A stretch of DNA of 64,000 nt from NCBI GenBank assembly GCA_965219415.1, contig OZ244742.1, forward strand, positions 928,001 through 992,000, read 5' to 3'. The notes below the pieces were generated by a model. It was not told the DNA's origin and did no database searches. It was given only the letters and a program-made list of their open reading frames with translations. Origin of the DNA: Candidatus Marinacidobacterales bacterium (GTDB taxonomy: Bacteria; Acidobacteriota; Vicinamibacteria; Marinacidobacterales; DATDRI01). Both the position numbers and the translations under genes were made by a program. Of the stretch, positions 10,052-20,279 are shown in pieces (position 1 is the first letter of the stretch; every line of letters starts with the position of its first letter).

Positions 10052-10423
10052 ATGCGCAACACGCTACTCGTACTCGCCCTGGGAATCGGGGCAGTGGTCC
10101 ATTTCACCCACCGGCTCTTCCCTTCCCTAACCTCCATCTCACCCTCGGCGCGCCTCGAGGTTCCGTATAACCCGCAGCCTGTCCCGTACTACCTTGCAAG
10201 ATCGAAGTCCGGCCCCTCCCTGAGACCGGCGGTGTGGACGGAGAAATCCCCGAGCGACTCCTTACCTTGTCTAGTGCGCCTCGTCGGGCGAACCCTTGGA
10301 GCCAGCGGTTTTGAAGACACTCCGTCCTGCCGACAACTCGGAGAACCGACCGCGATACGAGGATTCGGCACCGCTTCTTGCCACGAACTCGACTCGGTGC
10401 TAGGACGCTATTGCCGCTTCTAG
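10052..10423 (+). CDS. hypothetical exported protein
   Basis: Strong GAGGAGG RBS, ATG, signal-peptide-like N-terminus (MRNTLLVLALGIGAV); no recognised family. Confidence 0.4.
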   Translation: MRNTLLVLALGIGAVVHFTHRLFPSLTSISPSARLEVPYNPQPVPYYLARSKSGPSLRPAVWTEKSPSDSLPCLVRLVGRTLGASGFEDTPSCRQLGEPTAIRGFGTASCHELDSVLGRYCRF

Positions 10424-10457
10424 TGCCCTTTTGGCCCCAGACGGGAGCAGACGTGAT

Positions 10458-11570
10458 ATGTTTATGGGCGAAAAGGAGGTGCTCGTGGATCAAGGCGATC
10501 CCGCTCTTGCCGGGCTTCCGGAACCGGGCGGGCCGGTTTTCTATCCCAAAGTGGGACACTGCGTGTATCGGGGACTCACCGAGGACCGAGCCGCGCCTGG
10601 GAAGAAGCTCGTCGAACTGGAGGACCTCGAGGAGGGGAGCCGCATTCTGATCCCTACCGAGCGCGTGCCGAAGCTTGGGCTCCGGCCGGCCGGAAGGAAA
10701 CTCGAAGAGATTCAAGCCGAGCTCTCTGCCGAGTTCGAGCAGCCGCTGGAGGAAGAACAGCAGTTCGAGGAATTGATCGAAGACCTCGTGAGTGAGGGTT
10801 CCCCCCGCGCGTTGGCGAAGGGATTGAAACGGCTTCACCTCCTTCGGCAAACGACCGGGCTGAGTCGAGAAGAAGAACAGACTCGCCGAAAGATCCGTAG
10901 CTGGCTGGCCGCGGAGGTCGCCCTATCCAAGGACTGCACGCGGGCCGAGGCACAGGCGCTCATCACGCGAATCCTACAAGAGGCGATGAACGCCCATCGC
11001 CGCAAGGAGCGGGAAGAGGCCAAGGAGCGAAGACGTCAGGTCAAGGCACAAAAAGCGGCCGAAGACGCCGCCGCCTTGAGGGCAGAAGAGGAAGCAGTTT
11101 CCTCGACCGCCGCGGGAGTAGCGAGTGACGGCGAAAGCGGAACCCCTGAAACGCCTGCAAGCATGGCGGGGACGATCGAGCCCCCTGCCGCCACCGTTGA
11201 GGATCCCGCTCCAACTTCTCCAAGCGTCCAGGAAAAACAGGACGAGACTGCCGACGTGTCGACGGAGGTCGCACCGCCTGCCGCACCCGAAGCGGCAGAA
11301 GAGACAACACCCGAAGCCGTAGAAGAAAGCGCAGGGCCCGCTCCTCCGGATGCGCCTACTGCTGGAGACGCGCCACAGACTACTGAAGTGGAGACGGCTA
11401 ACTCCCCAGACCCGGCCGCGCCCGAACAGTCGACGCCACCAGTTGGTGAGCCTCCAAGTGAATCGCCGGAGCCCACGGAAAGCAAGCCCCCCGAGCCAGC
11501 GCCGGAATTGAGCCCCGAACTGAGCGAGGAATCGACTGGGGCGGAGCCGACGCCGCCCAAACCCGCCTAA
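10458..11570 (+). CDS. CarD-like transcription factor with long acidic Pro/Ala/Glu-rich tail
   Basis: VFYPKVGHC..G (CarD RID-like), ILIP.ERV.KLGLRP, GLSREE...LAAEVALS; low-complexity C-terminal ~150 aa. Confidence 0.75.
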   Translation: MFMGEKEVLVDQGDPALAGLPEPGGPVFYPKVGHCVYRGLTEDRAAPGKKLVELEDLEEGSRILIPTERVPKLGLRPAGRKLEEIQAELSAEFEQPLEEEQQFEELIEDLVSEGSPRALAKGLKRLHLLRQTTGLSREEEQTRRKIRSWLAAEVALSKDCTRAEAQALITRILQEAMNAHRRKEREEAKERRRQVKAQKAAEDAAALRAEEEAVSSTAAGVASDGESGTPETPASMAGTIEPPAATVEDPAPTSPSVQEKQDETADVSTEVAPPAAPEAAEETTPEAVEESAGPAPPDAPTAGDAPQTTEVETANSPDPAAPEQSTPPVGEPPSESPEPTESKPPEPAPELSPELSEESTGAEPTPPKPA

Positions 11571-11900
11571 GTTCGATCTCTTTAGCCTTTCGCCGCCAAC
11601 CCCCTTACCTCTGCGGCCGCTTTGCGGCATTAGACTCAGTGGAGTGCGTGGCTACGCCCAAACGGCAAAGGCGCCGGACTTTCCTCCTCTGAGTTGCAGA
11701 CGAAATCGCCTTTATCGCCAATAGATTACGGCGAGCCCCTTGCGAGCCACCTTCAGGCGAGTGGATGCGCGGCACTTCCGGGCAGGGTTTGCAGCCCCCA
11801 GCGCGATAACCGTCTGGAATTGCAGCGTCTTGACAGCAACGGAAGGCCAGTGTTACTCATAATCGTTTGTGGCCAATTAATGGATCAATAGCTCATTGGC

Positions 11901-13658
11901 TTGACCTTCGAGAAGGTAGTCCCTGGCGTGAAAAAAAAATTCCCCGAGTTGCTGGTTCGTCCCCTCCACGGTGAGCCCTTTCGCGTGCCCCTCAACAAGC
12001 CGGTCCTCACGATAGGCCGCTCAAAGCGTAACGACCTCGTCCTGCCCGACCAGTGGCTATCGCGCCACCATGCCGAGATCCGCGAGGAAACCGACACCTA
12101 CGCGATCCATGACCTTGAGAGCCGAAACGGGACGCTGGTCAACGGTAGTCGCATCGCCGAAAAGGCGAGGCTCGACGACGCGGACACTATCACCCTTGGC
12201 GATCACCAGCTGACCTTTATGCAGGAGCCTTCGGGCAGCGTCGTGCTCGCTGAAAGCAGCAGTGACCTCGATCTCGATGGCACCGTCGTGGTTCCGACCG
12301 AACACCTGCTGGCTCGGGCCCGCGGGCAAGAAGACACTTGGGATAACGTCGCTGGACCAGCCACGCCGTCGGGGCCCAAAACCGGTTCCACCGATTCGTC
12401 GGCCATCATCAAACAGAACCAGATCCTGGCCGCGCTCAGCGAGGCCAGCATGGCCCTCATCAGTGACCGCCCGGTCAACGAGCTACTAGACTTCATCTTG
12501 GAGCTCGCCTTCAAGGTCGTGAAGCCGGAACGAGGCGCGCTGATGCTAACGAAGGATGAGGAAGGTGGCCTGGAAGTAAAGTCGGTCCGCACCAACTCCG
12601 ACAAGCCTGACGAACCTGCAGAGGAGATCACCTTCAGTCGCACCATCGCCGACAAAGTAATCGGAGAAAAGGTCTCCATCCTAACCAGCAGCGCGATGAG
12701 CGATCCGAGATTCAAGTCGCAAGATTCGATCGTTTCTGTCGGTATCCGCTCCGCGATGTGCGTACCTCTTTGGAACAACAAGGCAGTAACCGGCCTCATC
12801 TATGTCGACCGCCTGATTCAAAAGAGCATTTTCACGCAGGACGACCTCGCGCTTCTCACTTCCCTGGCCAACGTTGCGGCGATCAAGCTGGAAAACGCCA
12901 AGCTGGTCGAGCAAATGATCGAGAAGAAGCGGATGGAGCATGAGCTCGCTCTCGCCGGCGACATACAGCAAAACCTTCTCCCCAGCAAAGCTCCACAAAT
13001 CGAAGGCTGGGATATAGCGGGAACGAATACGCCCTGCTATACGATCGGAGGCGACTACTTCGACTACATCTCGAAACCCTCTGGCCGCTTCGCTTTCGCG
13101 CTAGGGGACGTCTCGGGCAAAGGGGCCGGGGCCGCTCTCATGATGATGGTCTTGAGAGCCACCGTCCACTCCGCATGCCAGCAGCAAGACAATGACATGG
13201 TGTCCGTCATGTCTCAGACGAACCAGGTGATGTACCACAACACACCAGAGCATGCCTATGTGACGTTCTTCCTCGGCGATCTCGACCCTAAAACCGGCGA
13301 GCTACTCTACGTCAATGCCGGTCACATTCCTCCGATCGTCTATCGGGCGAAGTCTGGCGAGACCGACCGGCTGGAAGTAGGCGGCACCGTTGTCGGGATG
13401 TTCGAGAGCGCCCTGTACGAGGAAGGCAAGACCACGCTCGATCCCGGTGACACGCTGGTGGTGTTTACCGACGGCATCAGTGAGAGCTGGGGAGAAGACG
13501 GCGAGGAATATGGCGAGGACCGTTTGGCAGCGTTGTTGAAAAACCACGCTAAGCTCTCGGCGCCGGAGTTGATGATCACCATCCAGCAAGAGGTCGATGC
13601 CTACGCGACGGGCCGCGCGACCGACGACCGCACACTCATCGTTGTTCGACGCGTCTGA
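11901..13658 (+). CDS. FHA + GAF + SpoIIE/PP2C protein phosphatase
   Basis: FHA (IGRSKRND, SRHHA, SRNGTLVNG); GAF (SAMCVPL, IYVD); PP2C (GGDYFD, GDVSGKG, FTDGI, DDRT); real start may be GTG 11928. Confidence 0.92.
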   Translation: MTFEKVVPGVKKKFPELLVRPLHGEPFRVPLNKPVLTIGRSKRNDLVLPDQWLSRHHAEIREETDTYAIHDLESRNGTLVNGSRIAEKARLDDADTITLGDHQLTFMQEPSGSVVLAESSSDLDLDGTVVVPTEHLLARARGQEDTWDNVAGPATPSGPKTGSTDSSAIIKQNQILAALSEASMALISDRPVNELLDFILELAFKVVKPERGALMLTKDEEGGLEVKSVRTNSDKPDEPAEEITFSRTIADKVIGEKVSILTSSAMSDPRFKSQDSIVSVGIRSAMCVPLWNNKAVTGLIYVDRLIQKSIFTQDDLALLTSLANVAAIKLENAKLVEQMIEKKRMEHELALAGDIQQNLLPSKAPQIEGWDIAGTNTPCYTIGGDYFDYISKPSGRFAFALGDVSGKGAGAALMMMVLRATVHSACQQQDNDMVSVMSQTNQVMYHNTPEHAYVTFFLGDLDPKTGELLYVNAGHIPPIVYRAKSGETDRLEVGGTVVGMFESALYEEGKTTLDPGDTLVVFTDGISESWGEDGEEYGEDRLAALLKNHAKLSAPELMITIQQEVDAYATGRATDDRTLIVVRRV

Positions 13659-13715
13659 AGCCCGGCCCCCCAGCATTCGAAAGTCGTCTAGATTCCTAAG
13701 CACCCTCCCGATTTC

Positions 13716-13744
13716 TTGACGCGTTGTGACCGATGTGCTAAGGT
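13716..13744 (+). promoter_or_regulatory. sigma70-type promoter of hsp20-lon
   Basis: TTGACG-17 bp-TAAGGT with an extended -10 TG. Confidence 0.5.
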
Positions 13745-13780
13745 CGTTCGTTCGGAAGTTATTATTTTTCAGAGGGATCC

Positions 13781-14233
13781 ATGGTTGAACGACGGGACGC
13801 CTTCCCGGAGATGGCGGCGATCCAGAAGGAGATTAGCAGGCTCTTCGAGCAGCTAGCCCACTTCGAGCGCAGCGAAGCCGGGCTAGGTCTTGGCGAATGG
13901 CTTCCTACCTTCGACGTATTCGAGACCAAGGACTCACTGGTCATCAAGGTGGAAGCTCCCGGCATGACCAAGAGGGACCTCACCGCGGCTTTTCAAGGGC
14001 ACAAGTTGATCGTCTCCGGAGAGAAGAAAGAACCAAAGACGGAGCAACCGAACGGCTACCTTTGCATGGAAAGAAGCTTTGGCAAGTTCACACGCTCCAT
14101 CTACGTCGATCAAGCGGTTGATCTTGCGAAAGCCGACGCGGAGCTTGGCCAGGGCGTGCTAACGATAACCATACCCAAGCTCAAAGATCGACGCGGCAGC
14201 AAGATTCGGCTGAAAATCAAGGAGCAAGGCTAG
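13781..14233 (+). CDS. Hsp20/alpha-crystallin small heat-shock protein
   Basis: WLPTFDVFET, ERSFGKFTRSI, GVLTITIPK. Confidence 0.93.
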   Translation: MVERRDAFPEMAAIQKEISRLFEQLAHFERSEAGLGLGEWLPTFDVFETKDSLVIKVEAPGMTKRDLTAAFQGHKLIVSGEKKEPKTEQPNGYLCMERSFGKFTRSIYVDQAVDLAKADAELGQGVLTITIPKLKDRRGSKIRLKIKEQG

Positions 14234-14335
14234 CGCAAGGCCCGGCGCCTGGTGTGACTGCCTGCCAAGTTGACTGGTTGAAGGGCCTGGCAGCCCTGAC
14301 CGCCCTGACAGCGAATACGCTCGGCAGATTCGACT

Positions 14336-16834
14336 ATGACCGAAGAGCCAGACCGACCTGACCGTTCCGAGCGACCCGACAACAAAGACGAACAAGAGCC
14401 GCTCCAAGATCAAGAGCTGGACCTCGTTCAAATCCCCGATTCGCTTCCGGTCTTACCTCTCCGTGACATCGTGATCTTCCCTTTCATGATCGTGCCGCTC
14501 TACGTGAGCCGTGACAAATCGATCAAAGCCGTCGATTCCGCTTTGGCCGAGAACCGCATGATCTTGCTACTCGCCCAGAGGGACCAGGAAAAAGAAGACC
14601 CCGAGCCCGACGACTTGTACCGAATGGGTACGGTGGCGGTCATCATGCGCATGCTCAAGTTACCCGACGGACGCATCCGCGTCCTCGTACAGGGTATGCA
14701 TCGGGCCGTCGTCGAAGAGTTCTCGCAGGCCGATCCCTTCTTTCAGGCTCGGCTCTCTACCGTAAAAGAGTCCGAGTGGGAGTCCGAGTCCCTCGAGCTC
14801 GAAGCACTCATGCGAAATGTAAAGGGTGCGCTCGAGAAATCCGCCAATCTCGGCAAAGCCATCTCGCCCGAGGTCATGGTCATTGCCGCCAACCTCGAAG
14901 ACCCGGGACGATTAGCCGATCTAGCGGTGTCGAATCTAGACCTCAAGGTCGACGGAGCGCAGGAGGTGCTGGATACGATCGACCCAGTGGAAAGGCTGCG
15001 CAAGGTCCACGAGCTCATTACCAAGGAGCTCGAAGTCCTGACGATGCAGCAGCAGATCAGCTCGCAGGCGAAAGGCGAAATGGACCGCACCCAGCGCGAG
15101 TTTTTCTTGCGCCAGCAGCTGAAGGCCATTCAGACCGAGCTTGGCGAAGGAAATGAGCTGTCCGAAGAAGTTCGCCAACTGCGAGACAAGGCGTGGCGGG
15201 CGAAGATGCCGAAGGATATCTACGCAGAGGTGAACCGGCAAATCGGAAAGCTCGAGCGCATGCACCCCGACTCCGCCGAGACCGCGACGTTGCGGAACTA
15301 TCTCGAGGTCATGGTCACACTTCCCTGGAGCCGCGAAACCAAAGACAACCTTGACATGAAACAGGTGAAGGCGATCCTTGACGAGGATCACTACGGGTTA
15401 GAAAAGATCAAGGAGCGCATCTTGGAGTATTTGGCGGTCCGCAAGCTCAAGAAAAAAATGAAAGGACCGATCCTCTGCTTCGTAGGCCCACCAGGAGTGG
15501 GCAAGACGTCTCTCGGGCGCTCCATCGCACGGGCGATAGGCCGGAACTTCCATCGCGTGTCACTCGGGGGCGTACGCGATGAGGCAGAGATCCGCGGCCA
15601 CCGCCGCACCTATGTCGGCTCCATGCCAGGCAGAATCGTTCAGGGCATTCAGCAGGCGGGCTCGAATAACCCAGTCTTCATGCTGGACGAGGTGGACAAG
15701 GTGGGTGCCGACTACCGTGGCGACCCGAGCTCCGCTCTGCTGGAAGTTCTCGATCCGGAGCAGAACAACGCTTTCCGGGACAACTACCTCGGCACAACCT
15801 TCGACCTTTCCAACGTCATGTTCATCACTACTGCGAATCAGCTCGACCCCATCCAGCCGGCGTTTCTCGACCGAATGGAGGTCATCGAGCTGTCGGGATA
15901 TACCGAGGAGGAAAAACTCCAGATCACGAGGCGGCACCTCATACCGAAGCAGCTCGATGAAAACGGCCTCACCACAAAACAGCTGACCATCGCCGATTCC
16001 GCCGTTCGGCAGGTCATTGCCCTGTACACACGCGAGGCCGGTCTTAGAAATTTGGAACGTGAGATTGCCCGAGTTTGCCGAAAGGTAGCCAAGCACGTTG
16101 CGGAAGGCAAAAAGGAGCTCACCAAAGTAACAGCCAAGAACTTGTCAGATTTCCTCGGCTCACCGAAAGTACTTCCCGACGAAATGCTGAAAAAGGATCG
16201 TATCGGTATCGCAACCGGGCTGGCATGGACCCCAACCGGTGGAGACGTCTTGTTCGTCGAGGCGACGGCAATGAGGGGAAAGGGAAATTTGATACTCACC
16301 GGCAAGCTCGGAGAAGTAATGAAAGAGTCGGCGCAGGCGGCTCTCTCCTACGCGCGTTCGCGAGCCCGCCAGTTCCACATCGACGAAGACACCTTCTCCA
16401 ACCACGATCTGCATATCCACGTACCGGAGGGCGCCATTCCCAAGGACGGCCCCTCCGCGGGTATCACCATCGCGGTGGCGATGATCTCGGTGCTGACCAA
16501 TACGCCGGTCCGCAGGAACATGGCACTTACCGGAGAGATCACCCTCCGGGGCAACCTGCTTCCCATTGGAGGCATCAAAGAGAAGGTTTTGGCGGCACGA
16601 CGCGCCAAGCTAGACACGGTCGTGTTGCCGCGACTCAACCGCAAGGACGTCGAAGAGATCCCCGAATATGTCAAGAAGCATATGAAGCTCGAGCTCGTTG
16701 ATCGAGTGGACGAAGTGCTCAAACTCGTGTTGGTGGGACAGCGTAACAACAGCCGCCAACGCTCTCGCTCGCCACGAACGGCCCGCCCCAAGCTCACGCC
16801 TTCCCCTCGCGGCCGTCGGCCGGTGGCGACGTGA
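14336..16834 (+). CDS. lon: Lon protease (endopeptidase La)
   Basis: Lon N-domain, GPPGVGKTS Walker A, IRGHRRTY, PKDGPSAG catalytic Ser, GGIKEK. Confidence 0.98.
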   Translation: MTEEPDRPDRSERPDNKDEQEPLQDQELDLVQIPDSLPVLPLRDIVIFPFMIVPLYVSRDKSIKAVDSALAENRMILLLAQRDQEKEDPEPDDLYRMGTVAVIMRMLKLPDGRIRVLVQGMHRAVVEEFSQADPFFQARLSTVKESEWESESLELEALMRNVKGALEKSANLGKAISPEVMVIAANLEDPGRLADLAVSNLDLKVDGAQEVLDTIDPVERLRKVHELITKELEVLTMQQQISSQAKGEMDRTQREFFLRQQLKAIQTELGEGNELSEEVRQLRDKAWRAKMPKDIYAEVNRQIGKLERMHPDSAETATLRNYLEVMVTLPWSRETKDNLDMKQVKAILDEDHYGLEKIKERILEYLAVRKLKKKMKGPILCFVGPPGVGKTSLGRSIARAIGRNFHRVSLGGVRDEAEIRGHRRTYVGSMPGRIVQGIQQAGSNNPVFMLDEVDKVGADYRGDPSSALLEVLDPEQNNAFRDNYLGTTFDLSNVMFITTANQLDPIQPAFLDRMEVIELSGYTEEEKLQITRRHLIPKQLDENGLTTKQLTIADSAVRQVIALYTREAGLRNLEREIARVCRKVAKHVAEGKKELTKVTAKNLSDFLGSPKVLPDEMLKKDRIGIATGLAWTPTGGDVLFVEATAMRGKGNLILTGKLGEVMKESAQAALSYARSRARQFHIDEDTFSNHDLHIHVPEGAIPKDGPSAGITIAVAMISVLTNTPVRRNMALTGEITLRGNLLPIGGIKEKVLAARRAKLDTVVLPRLNRKDVEEIPEYVKKHMKLELVDRVDEVLKLVLVGQRNNSRQRSRSPRTARPKLTPSPRGRRPVAT

Positions 16835-17622
16835 AGATCCTTTTCGCCGGAGACGTGGTAGGTAAGGCCGGCAGACAGATCCTCCAGCAGGGTCTGGCGA
16901 AGCTACGCGAGGACCAGGAATTCGATCTGGTCATTGCGAACGTCGAGAACGCAGCGGCCGGGTTCGGTGTCACACCCGACATCGCCGATCAATTTTTTGC
17001 GAGCGGGATCGACGTACTCACCTCGGGAAACCATATCTGGGACAAGAAAGAAGTCATCGGTTACCTGGGTCGCGAGCCCCGACTGATTCGTCCCATCAAC
17101 TACCCACCCACTTCTCCCGGCACGGGTCGCTACGTTGCCCACACGCCATCCGGCACACCGGTGGCGGTCCTCAACCTCCAAGGTAGAGTCTTCATGCCGG
17201 TCATCGACTGTCCCTTTCGAGCCGCCGAACAAGAAGTGGCTCGTTTAGCAAAGGAGGCTCGCGTCATCTTCGTGGACATGCATGGTGAAGCGACCTCGGA
17301 AAAGATGGCCATGGGATGGTTCTTGGATGGCAAGGTTTCGGCGGTGGTGGGCACACACACCCACATCCCCACCGCGGATGAAAGGGTGCTTCCGGCAGGA
17401 ACTGCCTATATCACCGACGTCGGGATGTGTGGTCCCTTCGACTCGGTCATCGGGATCGAACGCGAACCCTCTCTAGCCCGATTTCTCAGCGGCATACCCT
17501 CAAAGTTCGAGACCGCGAAGAAGAACCCATGGCTAAATGCCGTGGTGGTCGACATCGACGAGTCGACCGGCAAGGCACGCTCCATCACCCGCACCCGGGT
17601 CACTGAGCAAGACCTCCCATAA
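16831..17622 (+). CDS. YmdB-like metallophosphoesterase (TIGR00282 type)
   Basis: GDVVGKAG, NVENAAAG, TSGNHIWD, DMHGEATSEK, GTHTH. Confidence 0.93.
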   Translation: MKILFAGDVVGKAGRQILQQGLAKLREDQEFDLVIANVENAAAGFGVTPDIADQFFASGIDVLTSGNHIWDKKEVIGYLGREPRLIRPINYPPTSPGTGRYVAHTPSGTPVAVLNLQGRVFMPVIDCPFRAAEQEVARLAKEARVIFVDMHGEATSEKMAMGWFLDGKVSAVVGTHTHIPTADERVLPAGTAYITDVGMCGPFDSVIGIEREPSLARFLSGIPSKFETAKKNPWLNAVVVDIDESTGKARSITRTRVTEQDLP

Positions 17623-17724
17623 AAACCAAACTAGACAGGGTTTACAGAAGAGATGATGGGCATCAAAATAGCCCGGTGCCACTTGTCCAGTTGGCCAGAT
17701 GCCCCTGTCTAATAGAATAGTGTC

Positions 17725-19095
17725 ATGAAGCGACAGCCCACCGAGCAAAACAGAATTTACTCGGTTAGCCAGTTAACGCGCGAGATCAAGCTCCATTTGG
17801 AAGGAGAGTTCTACGATATTTGGGTTGTGGGGGAGATCAGCAACTTCAAGCAACCCTCCTCGGGCCACCTGTATTTCACCTTAAAGGACGCTCGCACGCA
17901 GCTCTCCGCCGTGATGTTCCGCAGTGCCCGGCGCTTCCTCAAGTTTCGACCCGCCGACGGGATGGCGGTCCTGGCGCGAGGCCATATCACGCTCTACGAA
18001 CCACGCGGGTCGTATCAGCTCCAAGTGGACTGGATGGAACCTCGCGGGAAAGGCGCTCTGCAGCTCGCGTTCGAGCAACTCAAGGAAAAATTAGCCAAGG
18101 AAGGTCTCTTCGCCCCGGAACGCAAACGCGCGCTCCCCCTTCTTCCACAGAAGATCGGCGTCGTTACCTCACCCACCGGCGCCGCCATTCGCGACATCTG
18201 CCGAATCCTTCATCGCCGCTATCCCAACCTCGAAGTTCTCCTCTATCCCGCACAGGTACAGGGAGACCTTGCGGCGGCTGAGATCACGAAGGGCATACAG
18301 GTACTCAATCGCATGGGTGGATTCGACGTGCTTATCGTCGGTCGCGGCGGCGGTTCACTCGAGGACCTTTGGCCGTTTAATGAGGAACCGGTCGCCCGGG
18401 CAATCGCTGGGTCCGAGATTCCCGTGATCAGCGCCGTAGGACATGAAGTGGACTTCACCATCGCGGACTTCGCCGCCGACGTGAGAGCCGCGACGCCTTC
18501 CGCGGCCGCCGAAATCGTCGTTTCTCGGAAAGAAGATTTTCTAGAACGGGTCGGGCGCCTCTCACAACGCGCCGACCAAAGCCTCTTGCATCGAATGAGA
18601 CGGCTTCGCGGCGGTGTCGAGCGACTGGCGGGGCACCAGGCCTTCTTGGCGGTCCGCCACGGCGTCCAGTCTGGTTCTCAACGTCTTGACGAGCTCACCT
18701 TCCGCACCCGGGCGAGCATCGATCGCATCATCCAGAATCGAAAAGCGCAGCTCGATAGCTTGACCCGCCAGCTCGAGGCCTCCAGGCCGGATCGTCAGTT
18801 GAGTCAGTCCCGGACCAAACTTGCTCACCTCAGTTCGTTGTTACTATCGGCCCAGCGCGCGCGACTAAATCGGGCCGGGCGTCTGCTCGCGCGTTCGACC
18901 GCTCAACTAGAAGCCCTGTCGCCTCTGGCGGTGTTGGGACGCGGCTACAGCCTTACTTGGGATCAAGCCGGAAACTTGCTGCGAGATGCCAGCGCAGTGG
19001 AGCGCGGCGACTCGGTGCGGGTAACCCTAGAGCAAGGCGAGCTCGATTGTCGTGTCGAGAAAATCCGTCCGACCCCGGAGAATCTTCTTCCATGA
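17725..19095 (+). CDS. xseA: exodeoxyribonuclease VII large subunit
   Basis: SGHLYFTLKD, TSPTGAAIRD, RGGGSLEDL, SAVGHEVD, TPSAAAE. Confidence 0.97.
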   Translation: MKRQPTEQNRIYSVSQLTREIKLHLEGEFYDIWVVGEISNFKQPSSGHLYFTLKDARTQLSAVMFRSARRFLKFRPADGMAVLARGHITLYEPRGSYQLQVDWMEPRGKGALQLAFEQLKEKLAKEGLFAPERKRALPLLPQKIGVVTSPTGAAIRDICRILHRRYPNLEVLLYPAQVQGDLAAAEITKGIQVLNRMGGFDVLIVGRGGGSLEDLWPFNEEPVARAIAGSEIPVISAVGHEVDFTIADFAADVRAATPSAAAEIVVSRKEDFLERVGRLSQRADQSLLHRMRRLRGGVERLAGHQAFLAVRHGVQSGSQRLDELTFRTRASIDRIIQNRKAQLDSLTRQLEASRPDRQLSQSRTKLAHLSSLLLSAQRARLNRAGRLLARSTAQLEALSPLAVLGRGYSLTWDQAGNLLRDASAVERGDSVRVTLEQGELDCRVEKIRPTPENLLP

Positions 19096-19355
19096 CCGTG
19101 AAACCCAAAGACTTCGAAACCGCCCTCAAGAAACTGGAGGAGATAGTTAAGGAGCTAGAGGAAGGCGAGCTCAGCCTCGAGAAGTCTCTGGAGCGTTACG
19201 AGCAGGGCGTCCGTTTGGCGCGCTTCTGTAACGCCAAGCTGAACGAGGCCGAGGCCCGGATAGAGATGCTCCAAAAGAACGAGAGTGGCGAGCCCGTGAC
19301 AGACGCGGAAGGGAAAACCCGCCAAACACCGTTCGATTTCGAAGAAAAAGAGTGA
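19092..19355 (+). CDS. xseB: exodeoxyribonuclease VII small subunit
   Basis: FETALKKLEEIV.ELE.GELSLE.SL..YE.G; ATGA overlap with xseA. Confidence 0.95.
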   Translation: MTVKPKDFETALKKLEEIVKELEEGELSLEKSLERYEQGVRLARFCNAKLNEAEARIEMLQKNESGEPVTDAEGKTRQTPFDFEEKE

Positions 19356-20266
19356 CGGGGATGCTCGATTTCGACCAGTATCTGGCGCAGCACGCGGGGG
19401 CGGTCGAATCGTTTCTCGATCGCAACCTACCGGCCGAAGACGCCTTGCCACCCAGCATCCACCGCGCGATCCGCTACAGCCTGTTCGCAGGCGGAAAACG
19501 CCTGCGCCCGGTTTTGGCACTGGCCTCCGCGGAAGCGGTCGGGGGTCGGGGGGAGGATGCGCTTCCTGCGGCGGCGGCGCTCGAGATGATCCACACTTAC
19601 TCACTCATCCATGACGACCTGCCGGCCATGGACAATGATGACCTTCGGCGTGGTAAGCCGACATCGCACGTCGTTTTCGGAGAGGCGATCGCCATTCTGG
19701 CAGGCGATGCGTTGCTAACCCATGCTTTTCAGGTGTTGGCGACGGCCCCCGGCCACAATGGTACTCCCGGAACCTCCGAGGGAGAGAGGCGGTTGCGAGC
19801 CGTATCGCTTCTTGCCGAAGGCGCCGGAATGAATGGAATGATCGGCGGGCAGGTGATAGACCTAGAGTCCGAAGGCAAAGGGGTCGACGAAGGGACCCTC
19901 GACCAGATCCACCAAAAAAAGACGGGCGCTCTCATGGAAGTCGCGTCTCGGCTCGGTGCGGTCATGGGGGGCGGAGACGACGATCAGGTCGAGACGTTGG
20001 GCCGTTTTGGTCGAGAAGTCGGGCTCGCCTTTCAAATCGTGGATGACCTCTTGGACGTCGAAGGAGACGCCGCAACCTTGGGCAAATCGGCAGGCAAAGA
20101 TCAGAAGGCCGGCAAGGCAACTTATCCGAGCGTGCACGGGATCGAAAAGGCTCGTTTCCGAGCGAAGGAGTTGGTACGGCGAGCGGTCGACCTCGTAGCG
20201 CCATTTGGTCCGGCAGGAGAGCCTCTCGTTTGCCTGGCCCAGCGTATCGTCGATCGCAAGTCCTAG
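19352..20266 (+). CDS. ispA: farnesyl/geranylgeranyl diphosphate synthase
   Basis: GGKRLRP, IHDDLPAMDNDDLRRG, FQIVDD motifs. Confidence 0.93.
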   Translation: MTGMLDFDQYLAQHAGAVESFLDRNLPAEDALPPSIHRAIRYSLFAGGKRLRPVLALASAEAVGGRGEDALPAAAALEMIHTYSLIHDDLPAMDNDDLRRGKPTSHVVFGEAIAILAGDALLTHAFQVLATAPGHNGTPGTSEGERRLRAVSLLAEGAGMNGMIGGQVIDLESEGKGVDEGTLDQIHQKKTGALMEVASRLGAVMGGGDDDQVETLGRFGREVGLAFQIVDDLLDVEGDAATLGKSAGKDQKAGKATYPSVHGIEKARFRAKELVRRAVDLVAPFGPAGEPLVCLAQRIVDRKS

Positions 20267-20279
20267 CCGCGTCAGGTCC

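Noticed and set aside
11931-11939. A9 tract at the start of the FHA-GAF-PP2C gene as a slippage switch
   Set aside because: Reads as KKK in frame, an ordinary N-terminal sequence
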